From the NCBI GenBank assembly GCA_020833025.1, contig JAJHRB010000045.1:1-12616 (forward strand): DNA of 12,616 nt, read 5' to 3'. The stretch comes from Thermoproteaceae archaeon. GTDB lineage: Archaea > Thermoproteota > Thermoprotei > Thermoproteales > Thermoproteaceae. Of this stretch, positions 7,301 through 12,616 are shown piece by piece. Made by a program: the position numbers and the translations under genes. The first letter of the stretch is position 1; each line of letters begins with the position of its first letter. The notes below the pieces were generated by a model that worked only from the letters and a program-made list of their open reading frames with translations, made no database searches and was not told where the DNA came from.

Positions 7301-7947
7301 CCGCCGGAATCCTGCTTCAGCCTCGCAACAGTGCGCCAGCTCTGCCGCACGCACTCCGGCGGCATTCTGCCGGCGCGCAGCCACTCGATGGTCCTCGCGT
7401 CGGAGGGGTAGCCGCTGCCAAAGTTTCCAATCTCGCTTCTCAGCAGTGAGATCAGCCTGTCGCGCACGACCTTTGCGACTATGCTCGCCGCGGCGACCTG
7501 CGGGACTCTCTCGCCTCCGTGAAGCGCCACTACTCTCTTGCCCGTGAGGAGCGACAGTGCTGCAGCGAATCTCTCTGGCTTAACATCGGGAGAGTCCACG
7601 TAGTACACGTCGGCCGGGCAGGTCTCCACGAGTCTCGCCGCGAGTTCCACCTCGAGCGCGTTGAGCATCTTGCGCTTGACATAGTCGTCTATCACGTGCG
7701 GCTCCGCGACAATGTAGTTAACGCACTCTGCGACCCTTAAAATCTCGCGGAAGGCGCGCTCCCTAGACGCTGGGCTCATGCGCTTTGAGTCACGCGCCCC
7801 GGCTTTCTGCAGCGCGCTGCAGTCGCCGACCACAACCGCAACAACCATCGGGCCCACGACGGGCCCCCTGCCTGCCTCGTCTATACCACCCACCGCGCCG
7901 CCTGCTTTTGCCAACTGCGCGGTCATTGCCGCGCCGCTGGCGCTCAC
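7297..7947 (-). CDS. rnhB: Ribonuclease HII
   Basis: GIDEAGRGPVVGPMVV, GARDSKRM, YVDS, VAAASIVAKV-x-RD, FGSGYPSD, RQSW-x-T. Start GTG 7947 (GTGA overlap) or ATG 7926. Confidence 0.97.
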   Translation of the reverse strand: MSASGAAMTAQLAKAGGAVGGIDEAGRGPVVGPMVVAVVVGDCSALQKAGARDSKRMSPASRERAFREILRVAECVNYIVAEPHVIDDYVKRKMLNALEVELAARLVETCPADVYYVDSPDVKPERFAAALSLLTGKRVVALHGGERVPQVAAASIVAKVVRDRLISLLRSEIGNFGSGYPSDARTIEWLRAGRMPPECVRQSWRTVARLKQDSGG

Positions 7948-8210
7948 TCCAGGGCCCGCCCTGAGTACTCAACCAGCGCCTTCCTGTTAGGCGTGATGCG
8001 AGCAGCCGCGATTGCGATTATGGAAAGCACCGTATATGCATACAGATCCACCCAGAAGCCTTTCGCGAGCCCCAGCACCCGCTCCTGCCCGCTGTGAGGT
8101 CCTAACAGCGCGAAGTACGGGATAAGGCCCGTCACTGCCAGTATCGCGCCTCCCGCCATAAGGAGGCAGATGACCAGCCTCCTCAGGAGGAGTTGCGGGC
8201 TCATGGGCAC
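7944..8210 (-). CDS. Small two-helix membrane protein, DUF4405 (cytochrome b-like) fold, lacking both His
   Basis: SD GGAGGTG at 8223-8217, 6 nt before GTG 8210 (ATG 8204 alternative); LAVTGL...VLGLAKGFWVDLYAYTVLSIIAIAAARITPN matches the DUF4405 pattern as recalled. Confidence 0.7.
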   Translation of the reverse strand: MPMSPQLLLRRLVICLLMAGGAILAVTGLIPYFALLGPHSGQERVLGLAKGFWVDLYAYTVLSIIAIAAARITPNRKALVEYSGRALE

Positions 8211-8250
8211 GGCGTCCACCTCCCTCTCTTGTGCTGGCCCCTGCTGTCTG

Positions 8251-8406
8251 TCACGTTCGCAGCGCTGCCGCCCTTGCCGGCGCCGGCATGGGCGGGCCGT
8301 TCCTGCGGCCATTCTCGTATGCCAGTGGTACTAGCAGCACGACATACAATACCAGCACTATGATCGCCGCGGTGGCCGCTCCGCCGCGCCCACATTCGGC
8401 GGACAC
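8251..8406 (-). CDS. 51-aa single-pass membrane protein (below ORF-track cutoff)
   Basis: MSAECGRGGAATAAIIVLVLYVVLLVPLAYENGRRNGPPMPAPARAAALRT; 21-aa hydrophobic stretch; TATA at 8433-8426, 26 nt upstream. Confidence 0.55.
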   Translation of the reverse strand: MSAECGRGGAATAAIIVLVLYVVLLVPLAYENGRRNGPPMPAPARAAALRT

Positions 8407-8425
8407 GCGATCTACTGCGCGCTGC

Positions 8426-8433
8426 AATTAAAG
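8426..8433 (-). promoter_or_regulatory. TATA box for the 51-aa ORF / DUF4405-like / rnhB unit
   Basis: CTTTAATT 26 nt before GTG 8406. Confidence 0.55.
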
Positions 8434-8434
8434 T

Positions 8435-8482
8435 CTGCCGAGCGTTAAGCTCCGGCAGCCCCGCCGGCTCCAGGCCGGCGGG
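8435..8482. repeat. Two abutting inverted repeats
   Basis: CTGCCG-AGC-GTTAA-GCT-C-CGGCAG (8435-8458) and perfect 9-bp CCCGCCGGC-TCCAG-GCCGGCGGG (8460-8482). Confidence 0.8.
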
Positions 8483-8511
8483 CACTCACTCGCGGCGCTG
8501 GAGAGGGGGAG

Positions 8512-8525
8512 GAAATGATTAAATA
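8512..8525 (+). promoter_or_regulatory. BRE/TATA for the zinc-finger gene
   Basis: GAAATGATTAAATA, 25 nt before GTG 8544. Confidence 0.65.
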
Positions 8526-8543
8526 TTGCCCGAGGCCGGCGCC

Positions 8544-8750
8544 GTGTCGCAAGAAAGACAGCAAGAGGCGCAGTCAGAGCTCCCACGGGAGCTGAGACAT
8601 TACCTGACTGTCGAGACAGACCAGTGGGGGGCGGAGCACATTGTCTGCCTCAAGTGCAAGAGAAGATTCTTCACACTGAGGGACGCGGCGATTCACCTGC
8701 TCCGCGTGCACGGCGTTAGAGTTGCACAGAAGTACTCCGGGCAGGCGTGA
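8544..8750 (+). CDS. Small C2H2 zinc-finger protein (68 aa)
   Basis: CLKCKRRFFTLRDAAIHLLRVH = C-x2-C-x3-F-x8-H-x4-H. Start moved from TTG 8526 to GTG 8544 by TATA spacing; overlaps the nadE 3' end by 35 nt. Confidence 0.85.
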   Translation: MSQERQQEAQSELPRELRHYLTVETDQWGAEHIVCLKCKRRFFTLRDAAIHLLRVHGVRVAQKYSGQA

Positions 8751-9558
8751 TGGGCCTCCTCGCAGGCGTTAAATCGGGGTGGGGGGGAGGTCTGAGTTTG
8801 TGGGCGTTTGCCCTGGCGCGCGCGAGCACGAGGTCAGCAATGGGGCCGTACTCTCTCCTGACAATCTCGGGCGGCACGCCGACATCGTACAGCGTGAATA
8901 GAATGGGGTCTATGATTTCATACGGCGCGCCGAGCTCTGCCTCGGCGCTGTGGCCCGGCCACAGCCTCGGGCTGCTCGGCTTGCTGGCTATCCGCTCAAA
9001 GCCGAGCCTCCGTGCCATCTCTTTGACCTGAACCTTGTAGAGCCCCGCTATTGGCATCACGTCGGCAGCCCCGTCGCCGTACTTGGTGAAGTAACCGAGA
9101 AGGAGCTCGCTCCTGTCGCTGGTGCCCAGTATCAGCATGCCGTACTTGTTCGCGTAGTAGTAGAGCACTGCCATTCTCACCCGGACGGCGAGATTCCCGG
9201 CGGCAACTCTGTCCTCGCGGGAGAAGTCCGGGATGCACGCCGCGAGAGACTCGAGCGCGGGGGCCAGATCAACTCGCCGCAGACTCACACCGAGCTGCCT
9301 CGCCACAGCAACTGCATCTCTCTCGTCCTCTGACGGCACCGCACCGTGGGGTGCAAAGACCGCGAGCACTCTATCGCGGCCCAGGGCCTCGACTGCCAGC
9401 GCTGCGGTAACTGTGGAGTCAACGCCGCCGCTAAGCCCAACGACGGCCCCCCGAGCGCCGGCCTCGCTGACGTAATTTCTAATGAATGACGTAATAATTT
9501 CGCGCGCCACATTGTAATCGAGCGCGGTCACCACGTCGAGGTGCGTCAGCGCGGGCAT
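8716..9558 (-). CDS. nadE: NH3-dependent NAD+ synthetase
   Basis: GLSGGVDS P-loop, GNLAVRVRM-x-x-LY, GTSDRSELLLGYFTKYGDG-x-x-D, LYKVQV, SKPSSPRLWPG; no glutaminase domain. Confidence 0.96.
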   Translation of the reverse strand: MPALTHLDVVTALDYNVAREIITSFIRNYVSEAGARGAVVGLSGGVDSTVTAALAVEALGRDRVLAVFAPHGAVPSEDERDAVAVARQLGVSLRRVDLAPALESLAACIPDFSREDRVAAGNLAVRVRMAVLYYYANKYGMLILGTSDRSELLLGYFTKYGDGAADVMPIAGLYKVQVKEMARRLGFERIASKPSSPRLWPGHSAEAELGAPYEIIDPILFTLYDVGVPPEIVRREYGPIADLVLARARANAHKLRPPPHPDLTPARRPITPARSTSVQL

Positions 9559-9564
9559 CTGCCG

Positions 9565-10749
9565 CTAGACGAGCTCTATCGCAATGGCCGTTGCACCCCC
9601 GCCGCCGTGGCACAACGCAGCCACTCCCCTGCGCCCGCCCGCCCTCCTGAGTACTGAAATTAGCGTTGTGACAATTCGTGCGCCTGAGGCTCCCAGCGGG
9701 TGGCCCAGCGCTATGGCCCCGCCGAATACATTAAGCTTGTCGTAGGGCACGCCTAGAAGCCTGTTGGCAAGCGCATTAACGACGGCGAAGGCCTCATTAA
9801 TCTCAAAGTAGTCAAAGTAACTCGGCGCCACTCCAAGTTTCTCAAAGAGCGTCTTTATGGCAAAGAACGGCGCCTCCGTAAAGCGCCAAGTCTCAGTCAT
9901 GTACCAGCTATAGCCAATGACGCGAGCGACCGGCCTCACTCCCAGCTCTCTGGCCCTGTCCTCCGACATTAGCAGCACGGCAGCTGCGCCGTCTGAAAGC
10001 TGGCTAGAGTTGCCCGCCGTGAGCAGCCCGTCTGGCCTGTACGCGGGCTTTAGCTGTGCAAGCTTCTCGGGCGACGTGTCTGGCCTAATGCCCTCATCTC
10101 TGTCCAGTCTCACCCTCACGCCGCCGAGCTCGCCGTTTATAGGCTCCATTTCCTCGAACCACCCGCTCTCAGTCGCGCGCCATGCCCTCATGTGGCTCTC
10201 GTAGGCAACTCTGTCGAGCTCCTCCCTAGTTATTTTGTGCTCCCTGGCGACCATCTCGGCCTCCTCCCCCATGAGCATTCCAGTGACAGGATCCACGAGC
10301 CCATCGTGGACCATTAAATCTACCACATCAACTCTCTTGCCTATTGTGTGCCTGATGCCCCACCTCACATCGGGGGGCATGCAGAGAGGCGCTGTCGACA
10401 TCGATTCAACGCCGCCGGCTATGACGACAGAGGCATCCCCCAGGGCGATTTCTCTGTACGCCTCTATTATTGCCTGCATTCCCGACGAGCAAACCCTGCT
10501 CACGGTGTACGCGCTAACCCTCGCCGGGAGGCCCGCAAGCAGCGCCGCGTACCGCGCCACGTTCTGCCCGCAGCCTCCTTGAAGCGCCGAGCCCAGTATA
10601 ACCTCATCGACGTCGTTAGCGTCCAGGCCGGCCCTCTCCAGGAGCTTTCTAATAGTGAATGCGGCTAGGTAGGGAGCCTTGACGTCTCTCAGCGCGCCGC
10701 CGAATTTGCCTATTGGCGTGCGCACAAAGCCTACTACCACGACGCTCAC
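9565..10749 (-). CDS. Acetyl-CoA C-acetyltransferase (thiolase)
   Basis: RTPIGKFGG, VCSSGMQA (catalytic Cys), GGVESMS, TAGNSSQLSDGAAA, EINEAFA, GAIALGHPLGASGARI, ALCHGGGG. Confidence 0.97.
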   Translation of the reverse strand: MSVVVVGFVRTPIGKFGGALRDVKAPYLAAFTIRKLLERAGLDANDVDEVILGSALQGGCGQNVARYAALLAGLPARVSAYTVSRVCSSGMQAIIEAYREIALGDASVVIAGGVESMSTAPLCMPPDVRWGIRHTIGKRVDVVDLMVHDGLVDPVTGMLMGEEAEMVAREHKITREELDRVAYESHMRAWRATESGWFEEMEPINGELGGVRVRLDRDEGIRPDTSPEKLAQLKPAYRPDGLLTAGNSSQLSDGAAAVLLMSEDRARELGVRPVARVIGYSWYMTETWRFTEAPFFAIKTLFEKLGVAPSYFDYFEINEAFAVVNALANRLLGVPYDKLNVFGGAIALGHPLGASGARIVTTLISVLRRAGGRRGVAALCHGGGGATAIAIELV

Positions 10750-10768
10750 GGCGGCTGCGCTGGTATTA

Positions 10769-10781
10769 GTTAAATCTTTGC
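10769..10781 (-). promoter_or_regulatory. BRE/TATA for thiolase-nadE
   Basis: GCAAAGATTTAAC on minus, about 25 nt before GTG 10749. Confidence 0.6.
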
Positions 10782-10791
10782 GGCCTTTCTA

Positions 10792-10835
10792 CTCCCGCTC
10801 GCGCTCTGTGGCGAGCCGCAGAGCGCGAGCGGGAG
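10792..10835. repeat. Long inverted repeat: 17 perfect bp, 20 bp with one G-U, 4-nt loop
   Basis: CTCCCGCTCGCGCTCTG (10792-10808) is the exact reverse complement of 10819-10835; TGG/CCG extends the stem; loop CGAG. Confidence 0.92.
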
Positions 10836-10859
10836 CTGAGGGCGGCACGCCCCTGCGAT

Positions 10860-10867
10860 ATTTTTTA
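10860..10867 (+). promoter_or_regulatory. TATA box for the MYG1-like gene
   Basis: ATTTTTTA about 28 nt before ATG 10890. Confidence 0.5.
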
Positions 10868-10889
10868 CCCCACGCAGCTTGCAAAGCGA

Positions 10890-12023
10890 ATGACATGGCT
10901 TTCTGACGTCCTTAGAGCGACAGAGATCATAAGGCGGGGCGGCTTCAAAGTGATAACACACGGGGGGATCGCCCACGCCGACGACACAATTGCTGCCGCG
11001 CTTCTCTACAGGCACGGCGCAATTGCTGTCTACAGGCTGAACTCTCTCGAGGAGGTGCTGAGAGTTGATGGAGAAGCGATACTGGCAGACATCGGCGATG
11101 CGTTCCGCGACGCGTTGCCAGAGAGATACGTCGTGCTGGACCACCACGGCGTTTCCGACCCCTCTGAGGAGCCCTCCAGCGTCGTGCAAGTCGCGCTGGC
11201 AGTGGGCGCCAGGGTCACGCCGCTTGTCTCCACGCTGGTACATTTCGTTGACCTCTTCGACCGTTACGGGCCCCGGGCAAAGAGGTGGTCCGGGCCCTAC
11301 GGTAGCTCTCTCAACATAGGCGTGGCGAGATACTTCAGCGACTCCACGCCGCATGGCGCTGCTGGGGACGTCAAGTTCCTCGAGCTTGTTGCCAATGCTG
11401 TCTACTCAAAGCTGGACGTGGACTTGCCTGCATTCAGAGAGGCATTCGCTCTCGTCGAGAAACTCCCGCTGGCCGGTCTCGCGGAGAGCTTCCCGCGGAC
11501 GTTCACCGTCCTGAGACTGATGCTCAGCGCGGCGAGAGATGCAATCTCCGCATCAACGAGCCGCGAGGCGCTCGAGACAGGATTCGGAGTTGACTTCGGC
11601 TGTTACGCTGTGCTGGCAGTCCCCGAGCTGGAGCCGTACGCGCTGCGCGGGCTCGAGAGGCACTTCGCTGAGGCCAGGAGGGCCGCCGAGGCGGCGTCTG
11701 CTGGGCGCTACGCACTGGTTAGGGGCAACGGCATCACGGCAATTACAATTGACGACTACATAGCGCCAGGCCCTCTCTGGAACGCACTGCAAGATCTTGG
11801 GGTGATCTCCGCCGAGCCCGTCTTTGTGGTCGTTAGGGACAAGAGAAACCCAGGCGCGTACGCACTGTGGCGCCCTGATAGGTTTGCCGACGTGATCGAC
11901 TTCAGGAAACTCCAGGGATCCGAAGTACTGTACAAGCACCCGTCGGGGTTTTTCGCGGTCATGAGGGCCGAGAGCGCCGAGGCTGCCGCGCGCGCCGCGC
12001 TCAGCCGGTTAACGCAGGCTTAA
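10890..12023 (+). CDS. MYG1/UPF0160-like DHH-superfamily phosphoesterase (putative exonuclease)
   Basis: ITHGGIAHADDTIAAALL (cf. THxGxFHADE), LADIG, LDHHG, PSSV, VDLFD and C-terminal YKHPSGFFA (cf. FxHxxGF) in MYG1 order. Confidence 0.75.
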   Translation: MTWLSDVLRATEIIRRGGFKVITHGGIAHADDTIAAALLYRHGAIAVYRLNSLEEVLRVDGEAILADIGDAFRDALPERYVVLDHHGVSDPSEEPSSVVQVALAVGARVTPLVSTLVHFVDLFDRYGPRAKRWSGPYGSSLNIGVARYFSDSTPHGAAGDVKFLELVANAVYSKLDVDLPAFREAFALVEKLPLAGLAESFPRTFTVLRLMLSAARDAISASTSREALETGFGVDFGCYAVLAVPELEPYALRGLERHFAEARRAAEAASAGRYALVRGNGITAITIDDYIAPGPLWNALQDLGVISAEPVFVVVRDKRNPGAYALWRPDRFADVIDFRKLQGSEVLYKHPSGFFAVMRAESAEAAARAALSRLTQA

Positions 12024-12530
12024 GCCGGCCGCGGGCAGTTTCAACCCTTCTTGAGATTCTGCCGCTCGCGTCACGCGCTTTCCGGCACTTTTAAGCATTT
12101 CGCTCGTTTTTTGCGCCCCCGGCGAGCTCCGGCGAGGGTCTCTCGTGGCCGCCGCTGCCGTCAGATAGAGACGGGCTCCGGCGCGGTGCCGCTGGTACTT
12201 AGCCACTCCAGGCGGTACGCCGTCGTGGTCAGGACGGACGCCGGTGTGAAATGGAAATCTCGCGGAAAAGGCCATCGTCGTCGGCAATTACGCCTGCGCG
12301 GGCTCGATAAATCTGGGCTGCAGCTCGGCTCACAGGAATAGAGAGGCCTGGCTGCTAGTTTGCAATGAAGAGCCCGCCGGGAGGCTGAGGCGGCTGGCAC
12401 TGGGGTGGCGCGCCGAGGCGGGCGGTGCCACGCACGCGATCGCGCTGGCCGCTACGGCAGCAATTGCGATTCTGGCAGATAGGCGCGAACGCTCCAGCGC
12501 CGCCGGACCGGCGCTTACTTTATTTCACTA

Positions 12531-12539
12531 CTTAAAAAT
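12531..12539 (+). promoter_or_regulatory. TATA box for acylphosphatase
   Basis: CTTAAAAAT 27 nt before ATG 12559. Confidence 0.65.
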
Positions 12540-12558
12540 TCCGTCCAGCTACATCTTT

Positions 12559-12616
12559 ATGGATTACGCGCGCGTGCATTTATTCATTCGAGGCAGGGTG
12601 CAGGGCGTATTCTTCC
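12559..12616 (+). CDS. acyP: Acylphosphatase, N-terminal fragment (runs off window)
   Basis: MDYARVHLFIRGRVQGVFF contains the GRVQGVxF phosphate-binding signature. Confidence 0.88.
   Translation, partial: MDYARVHLFIRGRVQGVFF

Noticed and set aside
7033-7449. 138-aa plus ORF with CRSC
   Set aside because: Runs 150 nt antisense into rnhB, no promoter at proper spacing, no second Cys pair.
8776-8790. G-rich tract GGGGTGGGGGGGAGG
   Set aside because: Explained by RPPPHP codons of nadE; only two long G-runs.
10770-11354. 194-aa minus ORF and 128-aa ORF 11553-11939
   Set aside because: Antisense to the MYG1-like gene; no recognisable motifs.
1-12616. tRNA, rRNA, CRISPR array, IS/transposase, integrase, defence system
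   Set aside because: No T-loop/cloverleaf, spaced direct repeats, terminal inverted repeats with transposase, or recognisable effector domains found by eye.

Overview
Compact, GC-rich (roughly 65% by eye) archaeal housekeeping region. Gene content and promoter style (archaeal Trm10 and RNase HII, TTTAA/TTAAA boxes about 23-29 nt before start codons, i.e. largely leaderless mRNAs) suggest Thermoproteaceae (Thermoproteus/Pyrobaculum-like); this is inference. Order: partial membrane protein (+); DUF973/DUF996-like membrane protein (-); ASCH protein-moaA-hemB (-); sufC-sufB-conserved hypothetical (+); trm10 (-); ~350 nt unexplained gap; rnhB preceded by two small membrane ORFs (-); C2H2 zinc-finger protein (+); thiolase-nadE (-); MYG1/DHH-like protein (+); ~500 nt unexplained gap; start of acylphosphatase (+). 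No tRNA, rRNA, CRISPR array, transposase or defence cassette was seen, and I cannot support a clear novel multi-gene system. Best leads: a DUF4405/cytochrome b-like protein with both heme His replaced, a Zn-less SWIM-like protein coupled to sufB, an archaeal MYG1-like nuclease, an unlisted 51-aa membrane ORF, a 20-bp intergenic hairpin, and two gaps that look like eroded genes or structured RNA.
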